The position numbers and the translations under genes are program-made. The notes beneath the pieces were generated by a model, which saw only the letters and a program-made list of their open reading frames with translations, was not told the origin of the DNA and made no database searches. Below are positions 28,789 to 37,138 of a DNA stretch of 64,000 nucleotides, piece after piece (positions within the stretch are counted from its first letter, which is position 1; every line of letters begins with the position of its first letter). The DNA lies in contig OZ245046.1 in NCBI GenBank assembly GCA_965224245.1, positions 6,240,001 through 6,304,000 of the forward strand, given 5' to 3'. The DNA comes from Candidatus Eiseniibacteriota bacterium. GTDB taxonomy: Bacteria > Eisenbacteria > RBG-16-71-46 > CAZAMP01.

Positions 28789-29820
28789 GTGCAAATCAAA
28801 GCCATCGCACATGCCCTGCCGACTCGCAAGGTCACGAACGACGATCTCCTGGATCGTGTCGCACCCCGGAACGGCTCCGCAGATCCACGAGAAGTCGACC
28901 GAGTGCGGATGTTCATTCACCGATACCTCGAGAGAACCGGTGCCCGGACTCGGTTCCATCGCGAGGTCGGTGAGCGGGCGATCGAGTTTGGCATCGTCGC
29001 CGCCCGCCGCGCACTGGCCAATGCCGGCCTGCGCCCCGACGAGATCGACCTGCTGATATTCGTCGGTGTGGGCCGGGGCTTTCTCGAGCCGGCCTCCGCG
29101 AACGTCTTCCAGACCGCACTCGAGATGCACAACGCAACCTGCTTCGACCTCATCGATGCGTGTGCAAGCTGGCTTCGGGGCATCGACGTCGCCCACCACA
29201 TGCTTCGTGCGGACGTCTATCGTCACGTCATGATCCTGAACTGCGAGTTCAACTTCGACGAGTACCACACCAAGGCTCTGGAAGCACACGAGGAGCTCGA
29301 CGACGTCGTCGCCGGCTACACGATCGGAGAAGCGGCGACCGCCACCATCGTCTCGAGGTCGTCGAGCGACCGGGACTACTGTGCGTCCTTCCGCAACGAC
29401 GGATCCAAGTCGGACCTCTGCGAGATCCCGCTTCCGAGCAGCGATCAGTTCCGGATGAGCCCCAACCCCCACCGGTCACCGCTTCGTTTCGTCGCCAAGT
29501 CACAGACGTTGAACGTGGCCGCCATCAGGGCTCTGCGCGATCAGTACGCGGCCGATCCCCGCTTCCATTCGTTGACCTACGACATGACGTTCGGTCACGC
29601 GACCAGCCTTCCCACCACACGCCGCGTGGCGAAAGCCCTCGGTCTCGACATGGCCAAGCACTTCGAGATCTTCCCCCGGTTCGGCAACACCGTCTCGGCT
29701 TCCATCCCGCTCGCGATGTCCGTGGCGCTCGAGGAAGGCAGGCTCGAACGTGGTGCACGAGTTCTATTGATCGCTGGAAGTGCAGGACTCACGACCGCCT
29801 TCTGCACGTTCCGGTTCTAA
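28789..29820 (+). CDS. 3-oxoacyl-ACP synthase III family condensing enzyme (OleA-like)
   Basis: EPASA, catalytic DACAS, TIGEAATA, FGHAT, FGNTVSASIP, GSAG. Confidence 0.85.
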   Translation: MQIKAIAHALPTRKVTNDDLLDRVAPRNGSADPREVDRVRMFIHRYLERTGARTRFHREVGERAIEFGIVAARRALANAGLRPDEIDLLIFVGVGRGFLEPASANVFQTALEMHNATCFDLIDACASWLRGIDVAHHMLRADVYRHVMILNCEFNFDEYHTKALEAHEELDDVVAGYTIGEAATATIVSRSSSDRDYCASFRNDGSKSDLCEIPLPSSDQFRMSPNPHRSPLRFVAKSQTLNVAAIRALRDQYAADPRFHSLTYDMTFGHATSLPTTRRVAKALGLDMAKHFEIFPRFGNTVSASIPLAMSVALEEGRLERGARVLLIAGSAGLTTAFCTFRF

Positions 29821-29847
29821 TGGGCCTCGAAAGACTGGTGGAGAAAC

Positions 29848-30540
29848 ATGAACACACATGACGAGCCGTCGGGCGAAGACCATCGATCCGATGAGCGCCA
29901 GTCTAGCGAACAGACGCGTGTGCTGACTCGGTCCGTTCAATGGCTGGTGTTCGGGTTCACCGGGACGGTCGTGCTCTTGATCGCGGCCGCCGTGGTCGGT
30001 CTCGACAAGGGTGAGGTCGTCCAGAACCTGGGCCGCCACAACTTCGCACGCGGTCTCATCACGTACCTCTTCACGCTCACCACGATTCTCATCGCGATCC
30101 TGCTGATCGTCGCGGCCATCGTCCACCCGGGCAGGTTCGAGGGGTTCAACCGGGGGAAGGAAGTTCTCGCGCTGATGCTCGGCGTCTTCGGCACAATCGT
30201 GGGTTTCTACTTCGGCGCGGAGAAGTCGACCACGGCACCCCTTCAGTACACGGTATCGGATCTTCTCCTGAGTGAGTCGACGGCAATGAGTGGCGATTCC
30301 ATCACCGTGGTCGCTCGGGTCGAGAACTCGGCAGGTCCCCTCACCTATGGCATCGCCTTCGACGACTCACCGATCGACTACGACGGCGCGGTCCCGGATG
30401 ACGGATGGATTCAGCGAGAGCTCACGTTGCCCGACGTGCAGACGATGACAATGGCCACGATCACACTGAGCGTGCGTGATACCGAGTCCACGACCGAGAA
30501 GACGGCCGAGATCGTGATCCGGCCTCGAGGTGAGCCATGA
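29848..30540 (+). CDS. Membrane protein, three TM helices plus C-terminal Ig-like segment
   Basis: GGAGA RBS; three hydrophobic spans, including KEVLALMLGVFGTIVGFYFG; beta-rich C-terminus. Confidence 0.75.
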   Translation: MNTHDEPSGEDHRSDERQSSEQTRVLTRSVQWLVFGFTGTVVLLIAAAVVGLDKGEVVQNLGRHNFARGLITYLFTLTTILIAILLIVAAIVHPGRFEGFNRGKEVLALMLGVFGTIVGFYFGAEKSTTAPLQYTVSDLLLSESTAMSGDSITVVARVENSAGPLTYGIAFDDSPIDYDGAVPDDGWIQRELTLPDVQTMTMATITLSVRDTESTTEKTAEIVIRPRGEP

Positions 30541-31175
30541 TCACCTTGACGCAGGGGCTGACCGCGGTGCTGGTCTCCTGTGCCGGCTTCACTGCCGGCG
30601 ACATCTCGCCGATCGATGCCTTGTTCTTGCGCCTGTCCCGGACTCCGGCGATGCGCATGACCAAGGGCTACACGTTCCTCAACGTCAAGGCGGTCACGGT
30701 CGAGGTCTTCCTACCCGACGACCATCCGCAGTTCGAGGTCGTTCGCCGGGGGTTTGAGACCGACGAGGATCGCAAGAGGGTCGTGTCCACGGTCATGGCG
30801 CTCGAGAACCTGCTGATCGGGGTCACGTTTCTGCGGGACGTGTCGCTCAACAAGTACGTGTCGATCACCGAGGACAACATCGACGAGGCCGTGAAGGCCG
30901 GTATCGTCTCCAGGGATGAATACAGGTCCGTGTGGCCAGCGTTTCTCGACGAGATGCGCAAGAGAACGGACGGGTCTTTCCGCAAAGGTGGTCAGATCTC
31001 GTACCGTGTCCATGCGGATCACGTACGAGTCTTGTCGGTCGATGCCGAGGGTGAGCCTGAGGTGGACTTCCTCATCACCGGTGAGGATGCGGTTCGATTG
31101 CTCGAGGGCGTGTTTTTCGCGCGGGGATCGGACTTCCGTGATGGCCTGATCGAGTCGGCCCTTCGACGACGCTGA
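30537..31175 (+). CDS. Exported protein, possibly chalcone-isomerase-like fold
   Basis: ATGA overlap with the upstream gene; signal-like N-terminus; VTFLRDVS...N...FRKGGQISY pattern reminiscent of CHI-fold proteins (weak). Confidence 0.6.
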   Translation: MITLTQGLTAVLVSCAGFTAGDISPIDALFLRLSRTPAMRMTKGYTFLNVKAVTVEVFLPDDHPQFEVVRRGFETDEDRKRVVSTVMALENLLIGVTFLRDVSLNKYVSITEDNIDEAVKAGIVSRDEYRSVWPAFLDEMRKRTDGSFRKGGQISYRVHADHVRVLSVDAEGEPEVDFLITGEDAVRLLEGVFFARGSDFRDGLIESALRRR

Positions 31176-31243
31176 TGTCGTAGGAATGGACGTCGGCAGG
31201 CATCGCTCATCGTGTACCTGATCGATGAGAGGCAAGCGCCAGC

Positions 31244-31684
31244 TCACCTCTTGCCGAACAACGACTTGATCTGTGCCCAGGTTCTTTCGACCGTTGGAGT
31301 CGCGTCCGCGATCGTGAACTCCAGCGTCAGGCTGTGTTCGCCGCCAAACTCCATGGAGTCGCGGCGCTCGACACCCGTGACGACGTACGTACCGGCGGCC
31401 AGACCATCGTAGGAGCAGGTCACGTCGTACTCGAAGATCGTCAGTCCACATCCCTCACCGGGTTCCCTCGTGTCCAGGAGTTCGCAGTCGATCACGGCTG
31501 TGCCATCGGTGAAGCCCCCGCAAGTGGAGCCCGTGAGCTTCCAGCAGTGATCGCCCAGCTCGCCGGAGACGACGACGTCGAACGCCTCTCCGGCGATGGG
31601 CCGACTCGGCTCGAGACGGATCTCGACGATCTCCGCATGACTCGCGGTCGTGAGAAGGAGTCCCAGGAATGCCAGCCGTTTCAT
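31244..31684 (-). CDS. Small secreted Cys-containing Ig-like protein with TWxxIK motif
   Basis: GGAGAA then ATG 31684; MKRLAFLGLLLTTASHA signal; LAAGTY; TPTVERTWAQIKSLFGKR*. This is the real 3' part of the long antisense ORF 31244..35419. Confidence 0.8.
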   Translation of the reverse strand: MKRLAFLGLLLTTASHAEIVEIRLEPSRPIAGEAFDVVVSGELGDHCWKLTGSTCGGFTDGTAVIDCELLDTREPGEGCGLTIFEYDVTCSYDGLAAGTYVVTGVERRDSMEFGGEHSLTLEFTIADATPTVERTWAQIKSLFGKR

Positions 31685-32170
31685 TGCGGTTCTCCAGGCT
31701 GTGGCCGCCCATCGTCCACGCGGTCGCCAGATGAGCCGCATCATTGTCCCCCGATCGGTAGTCCGGCTCCAGCCCATCCCACAGGGGACTGAACGCCCTT
31801 GCGAACGTCGCCTCGTCCTCGGGGCCCCGGAAGCCGACGCGCTGGCTCGACCTCGAGCCCGACCCACGCGGACTGGAGCGACTTCCTCGACCGCGCGAGG
31901 GCCGTCACGCCGTTCAGCCGGATCGCACCCGCGAGCTGTGGCTCGATCGTCACCCTCAGTGGCCGCTCCCCGACCACGATCGAACCGCAGAGTCCACGAG
32001 TGATCCAGAGATGAAGTAAGTCGCGACGGTGCAAACGATGTGGCGATCACGTCCCCTCGCGGAGCGGATCGCGGGCTGCTATTGCACCGATGGGTCGCTG
32101 AACGCGTGCGCTTCCACTCCGCCCGGTGTTGTCCTCGGGTAGACCAAACCCCGTCCAAAGGAGACCCTTC

Positions 32171-35100
32171 ATGCCCCGATCCTGGACTCGTCGCCCCGGG
32201 CTTCATGTCACCGTGGCAGCAATCGGACTCGTCCTGCTCTCCGGTGCTCCCGAGGCCCACCTCTCCATCATCCGTCAGGGAGCGGAGACGGCGGGTGCCA
32301 ACGAGGCAGGAGACGGTCTCGGGGGAGCCGTCGCCGTGGGTGACTTCGACGGCAACGGCTTCGACGACCTCGCCATGGGCGCCCCCTACGAGGACGTCGG
32401 CACGACCGCCAATGCCGGAGCGGTGGCCGTGAACTACGCCGACGGCCTGGGCGTGAGCCATGAGGATGCGCAGATCTGGACCGCCGCGGAGATGACCGGG
32501 CCCGTACAGCAGAACGCGTTTCTGGGGTACTCCCTGGCCGCCGCCGACCTCGACCAGGACGGCTTCGAGGATCTCATCGTGGGCGCTCCCTACGAGACGA
32601 TCGGCGGCAACTTCGCCGCCGGCGCCTTCTACGTCCTGCGCGGCTCGGCGCTCGGGCTCCAGCCCTGGCTTCGCCGCGACCAGGCCGACTTCGGGTCCGG
32701 GACCGAGTACAACGACCGCTTCGGGTGGAGCGTGGTCGCCGGCAACTGGAACGGCGACGCCTACCCCGACGTCGCCGTCGGCGCGCCCGGCGAGAACGAC
32801 CTCAAGGGCGCCGTGATCTGGGTGCTCTCGACGGCCTCGGGCCCGGTCGGATCGTCCACCCACATCGACCTCGGGCACGCGGGCGTCACGCCCAGCGCGG
32901 GCGAGCAGCTCGGCTTCTCGCTGGCCGCCGGCGACGTGATGGGCGGACCGGAGGACGAGGTCATCATCGGGGTCCCCTACATGGACGACGCCGGCTTCGA
33001 GTACGGCGCGATCGTGGTCACACCGGGATCCCCCTCCGGACCCGATCGCTCCGCGTCGATCCTGTACCGACAGGATCAGGTGAGCCCGGGCGGTTCGCAG
33101 CGATTCAGTCAGTTCGGCCGGTCCGTCGCCGCCGGCCGCCTCATGGGTGGTGGGTACGACGCGGTGGCAGTCGGTGCGCCCTTCCACAACGTGGGTGGGA
33201 CCACCGACGCCGGCCAGGTCGTGGTGGTTCCGGGCTCGGCGGGAGGGCTCGATGTGTCGGGTGCGATCGCGGTCACCGACGCGGCCACCGGCGGCGTGGC
33301 CGAGAACGGCGACAACTTCGGGCTCGCGGTCGAGGTCGGGTACTTCTGGGATCCGGCCGACGGCTACGAGGATCTCGCGGTCGGCGCGCCGGGCCAGGAC
33401 TTCACCTCCATCGCCTCCGCCGGCACCGTGCAGATTCTGAACGGCGGCCCGGGAGGGCCGACGGGCGCCCACGGCTGGAGCGCGTTCAATCAGGGCACCC
33501 TGAACGAGTACGCCGAGGACATCGACCAGCTCGGTGCGTCGCTCGCGTTCGGATACTTCGACATCAGCGGCAACGGCAACCTCGCGGTAGGAGCACCGGG
33601 CGAGGACGACGGTGCCGGCATGGTGCACGTGATCGCGCCCTGGCGGCAGGTCTACAACCTCTCCTGCGAGCGCTCGGTGGTGCTCGACTGTGACCAGAAC
33701 CTCTACTTCTCGCAGAAGCCCTTCGACCAGGTGCTGATCGCGTCGACCACGAAGATCATGACCGTCGCCCTGGCCCTCGAGTGGGCCGCCATGGGGGAGG
33801 TCTCCCTGGACGACGTCTACGTGGTGCCCGGCTGGGTGGCAAACGACAACATCCCGGGCTCGAAGGTGCCGCTGGAGGAGGGCGAGTCGATCACGCTGAG
33901 AGACCTCATCTACACCTGCCTCATGCTCTCCGGCAACGATGCCGCCTACGCGATCGCCGACCACATCATGGACGGCAAGGGGCCGGACGATCCCATGGGG
34001 GTGCCCAACTTCATCACGCTCATGAACCACAAGGCCGGGCTCATCGGGATGAACGACACGCACTTCAACAACCCGGCCGGGCTCGAGGTCGAGCCGGTGG
34101 GACCGGACCTCGGCGAGCACTACTCGACGCCGCAGGACATGGCTACGTTGAGCAGCTGGGCCATGGGCACCGGCGCGTTCCGGGACGTCGCGGGCACCAC
34201 GCGCTGGGAGATGGTGCGACAGTTCATCGAGTTCCCCCACTACTGGGAGTTCAACAACATCTTCAACGGCGTGCTCATGAACGGCATCGAGCCGATGAGC
34301 GGGATCAAGGGCGGCTACACGAACCTGGCCGGGACCACGGGCTGCTTCGCCGCGGAGTCGCCCACCGGTGGTCGCGCCATCGCCACGTCGTTCACGACCC
34401 CGAACCCACCCGACGACTACGTGTCCGACGCGGCGCGGCTCGTGCAGCTCGGCCTTCAGGGGTGCGGATACTTCTACGCGCTCCCCGACGACTACCCCGT
34501 CAACGAGCCCTTCGACCTGGGGGACATCTCCTCGGGCGACGGGGTCCGGACCGGGGCGAGCTCGGCCATCCCAGCCATGTGGGAGGGCGACATGGAGTTC
34601 TCGGCGTTCCGCACTGCCTGGGGAGGGAGCGATCCCTCGTCGATGGACCTCTGCATCACCCACCGGGTCGAGATCGCGGGCGCCGTCGCGCACGACCTCG
34701 GGGCGACGAACCTGACCGCTCACGGACCGATCACCATCACCAACCGGCATCCTCTCACCGCGATCGGGCAGATCACCTTGCCGTATGGTGTGGAGGACAT
34801 CGTGCTCGAGCCCGGGGAGACGCTCACGCTCCCCGAGCGATCCGACGGCTGGGCGAGCTTCCCCATCGAGATCCGCACCTTCGGGGATGATTACCTCGAG
34901 GTCGACGTCGTCATTCCCTACTGCTTCGACGTGTCGAGCACCGGGCCGCCCCACGGAGATCCCGTGTTCCAGGCCACGCTCCTTCGCGACGTCGCGATCC
35001 CCCAGGACGCGATCGAGGTGCGCACGCTCGGACACGACGCCGAGGCCAACCTGTACTCGCTCGTCGGGCACGCGCCCGGTGCCGTGGTCGACGTTTCCGA

Positions 35101-35413
35101 GGACGTGGGCGACGCCACGGTGGGTGACGTACCTCTCGTACGGCTCCGGGCCGCGCATCCGAACCCGTTCCGCAGTGGTAGCCGCATCGGCTTCGACCTG
35201 CATTCGGCCGGCGCGGTCGGCGTCGAGATCTACGACGTGTCCGGGCGACTCGTCCGGAGCTACGACCCCGTCGCCATGACGCCCGGTGCCTGGGGCGTGC
35301 GCTGGGACGGCCGCGCGGAGGCGGGGCTCCCCGTTGCGGCAGGGACGTACCTCTACCACGTGACCGTCGATGGTGAGGTCGCGGCGATGGGCAAGATGGT
35401 CCGCATCGACTGA
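32171..35413 (+). CDS. Secreted FG-GAP propeller + peptidase S11 (D-Ala-D-Ala carboxypeptidase-like) + FlgD/T9SS-like CTD fusion
   Basis: AAGGAGA then ATG 32171; DLAVGAP repeats; ASTTKIMT (SxxK), SGNDAA (SxN), GMNDTHFNNPAGL, YSTPQD, IKGGYT; PNPFR...WDGR...GTYLY. Confidence 0.88.
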   Translation: MPRSWTRRPGLHVTVAAIGLVLLSGAPEAHLSIIRQGAETAGANEAGDGLGGAVAVGDFDGNGFDDLAMGAPYEDVGTTANAGAVAVNYADGLGVSHEDAQIWTAAEMTGPVQQNAFLGYSLAAADLDQDGFEDLIVGAPYETIGGNFAAGAFYVLRGSALGLQPWLRRDQADFGSGTEYNDRFGWSVVAGNWNGDAYPDVAVGAPGENDLKGAVIWVLSTASGPVGSSTHIDLGHAGVTPSAGEQLGFSLAAGDVMGGPEDEVIIGVPYMDDAGFEYGAIVVTPGSPSGPDRSASILYRQDQVSPGGSQRFSQFGRSVAAGRLMGGGYDAVAVGAPFHNVGGTTDAGQVVVVPGSAGGLDVSGAIAVTDAATGGVAENGDNFGLAVEVGYFWDPADGYEDLAVGAPGQDFTSIASAGTVQILNGGPGGPTGAHGWSAFNQGTLNEYAEDIDQLGASLAFGYFDISGNGNLAVGAPGEDDGAGMVHVIAPWRQVYNLSCERSVVLDCDQNLYFSQKPFDQVLIASTTKIMTVALALEWAAMGEVSLDDVYVVPGWVANDNIPGSKVPLEEGESITLRDLIYTCLMLSGNDAAYAIADHIMDGKGPDDPMGVPNFITLMNHKAGLIGMNDTHFNNPAGLEVEPVGPDLGEHYSTPQDMATLSSWAMGTGAFRDVAGTTRWEMVRQFIEFPHYWEFNNIFNGVLMNGIEPMSGIKGGYTNLAGTTGCFAAESPTGGRAIATSFTTPNPPDDYVSDAARLVQLGLQGCGYFYALPDDYPVNEPFDLGDISSGDGVRTGASSAIPAMWEGDMEFSAFRTAWGGSDPSSMDLCITHRVEIAGAVAHDLGATNLTAHGPITITNRHPLTAIGQITLPYGVEDIVLEPGETLTLPERSDGWASFPIEIRTFGDDYLEVDVVIPYCFDVSSTGPPHGDPVFQATLLRDVAIPQDAIEVRTLGHDAEANLYSLVGHAPGAVVDVSEDVGDATVGDVPLVRLRAAHPNPFRSGSRIGFDLHSAGAVGVEIYDVSGRLVRSYDPVAMTPGAWGVRWDGRAEAGLPVAAGTYLYHVTVDGEVAAMGKMVRID

Positions 35414-35587
35414 GGCCATCGACGCGGGGGAAGGCGGGCCACCCGGTGCCGCGTTCGATCACACGCGCGTGGCCGAGTGAGCGGGCTCGGTCCACCCCGA
35501 GCCCGCCTACGGCGACGCCGTTGCGCGACATGCACGTGTCTCGATACAATCGTGGTGCTCCGGACTCCTCATTCGGGAGCTGCCGCC

Positions 35588-37027
35588 ATGCCGCTTCGGG
35601 AACGCATCCGCTCGCTCGCGCTCGGTCTCGCCGTCGCGTGCGCCGCCTCCGCCACGAGAGCCCTCGCCGACATGGAGGTGCTGATCCCCGGCGGCAGCCG
35701 GACGATCCTCGCGACCGCCACCGACACGCTCGTCACGGGCGAGACGATCCGCGGCGACTTCGACAAGCTCTTCTGGTTCCCCGACGCATCGCAGGACCAG
35801 GGTCACCTCTTCATGAACCACGAGCTCGACTCGCCCGACGGCGGACTCTCCCGCCTCACCTACGTGGACGGATCGGTGACGTCGATCGAGAACTGGGTCA
35901 TCGGAACGCACAACAACTGCTCGGGCAACATCTCGTCCTGGGGCACGATTCTCTCGTGCGAGGAGTTTCCGCCCGCCGGCGCCTTCACGGTCGGGTACAT
36001 CGTCGAGGTCGATCCGACCACCCCGCACGTGTGGGCTCGGCGACACGCCATGGGCCGCTTCTCCCACGAGTCGATCATCGAGGACCCGCTGACCGGCGAC
36101 ATCTACATGACCGACGATCAGAACGACGGCGTCTTCTTCAAGTTCATCGCCGACACCCCCGGGGACCTGACCAGCGGCTCGCTCTACGCACTTCGTGAGC
36201 CGACCCGCGACTGGGTGCTCGTGACCGACATGCTCAATCCCCGCGATCAGGCGCTCGCCCTCGGGGCCACGGCGCGGCCACGCCCCGAGGGCCTGGCGTA
36301 CAACGCGATCGACGACAAGATCTATCTCAGCGTCACCGGCATCGACGGCGACGCGGACTCCGGGCTCGGCTATCTCATGCGCTTCGACCCCCGTACGAAC
36401 GAGATGGTCCGCTGGCTCGACGGCAGCCTGTCGACCTTCGCGAACCCGGACAACGTCGAGATCGACTCGCAGGGCAACCTGCTCGTGCACGAGGACAAGT
36501 ACAGCCGCGTCGTCGCGGAGACCGGACCGAACCGCCTGATCCTGGTTCGCCTCAACACGTCGATGATGGTGATCATGGTCGGTCTGGACACCATCGGCGA
36601 GGTCACCGGGCTCGAGTGGGGCGGCAGCGACGACCGCTTCTTCGTCTGCTGGATGGGCGGCACGTGGCCCGAGCGGCACCAGGTCATGGAGGTGAACCTG
36701 CCGGACGGGTGGAACGACCCGCCGGTCGATGTGGCGACGGCGGCGGCGCCTCGCGCACTCGGTCTCACGGTTGCGCCGAACCCGTTCTCCGTCTCGACGC
36801 GCATCGGGGCCGATGCGCCGGCAGGCGGGCCGTTGACGCTCGGTGTCTTCGATGCGCGCGGGGCGCGGATCCGTTCGCTCGACGCGGGGCAACGCGGCGC
36901 GGAGGCGTTCCGCATCCGATGGGACGGTCGCGACGACGATGGACGGCGCGTGGCCCCGGGAACCTACTTCGTGCGATTGCGGGACGGCGACCGGGCGGTC
37001 ACCGAACGTGTCGTTCGCCTCGAATGA
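35588..37027 (+). CDS. phoX: PhoX-like (DUF839) alkaline phosphatase with FlgD/T9SS-like CTD
   Basis: NHE, NCSG...WGT.LSCEE, G.IVEVDP, AMGRFSHE, YMTDD, RPEG, NPDN and EVTG motifs; start ATG 35588 after GGGAG. Confidence 0.8.
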   Translation: MPLRERIRSLALGLAVACAASATRALADMEVLIPGGSRTILATATDTLVTGETIRGDFDKLFWFPDASQDQGHLFMNHELDSPDGGLSRLTYVDGSVTSIENWVIGTHNNCSGNISSWGTILSCEEFPPAGAFTVGYIVEVDPTTPHVWARRHAMGRFSHESIIEDPLTGDIYMTDDQNDGVFFKFIADTPGDLTSGSLYALREPTRDWVLVTDMLNPRDQALALGATARPRPEGLAYNAIDDKIYLSVTGIDGDADSGLGYLMRFDPRTNEMVRWLDGSLSTFANPDNVEIDSQGNLLVHEDKYSRVVAETGPNRLILVRLNTSMMVIMVGLDTIGEVTGLEWGGSDDRFFVCWMGGTWPERHQVMEVNLPDGWNDPPVDVATAAAPRALGLTVAPNPFSVSTRIGADAPAGGPLTLGVFDARGARIRSLDAGQRGAEAFRIRWDGRDDDGRRVAPGTYFVRLRDGDRAVTERVVRLE

Positions 37028-37088
37028 TCGACGTGCGAGCAACCGCCGAGTCGACCGCGGCGGCGACATCGACCCCGGGACCTGGGTA

Positions 37089-37120
37089 GCCGCGAGACGA
37101 GACGCATTCGGGACACGACG
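37089..37120 (+). mobile_element. Decayed element right-end-like sequence
   Basis: GCCGCGAGA...ATTCGGGACACGACG vs GCCGCGTGA...ATTCGGACACAACG at about 4847-4881. Confidence 0.45.
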
Positions 37121-37138
37121 AAACCCTCGGGGGACTTC

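Noticed and set aside
31685-35419. 1391-aa minus-strand ORF (31244..35419)
   Set aside because: Antisense shadow of the FG-GAP/S11 gene; only its last 146 aa (own RBS, ATG 31684) look real.
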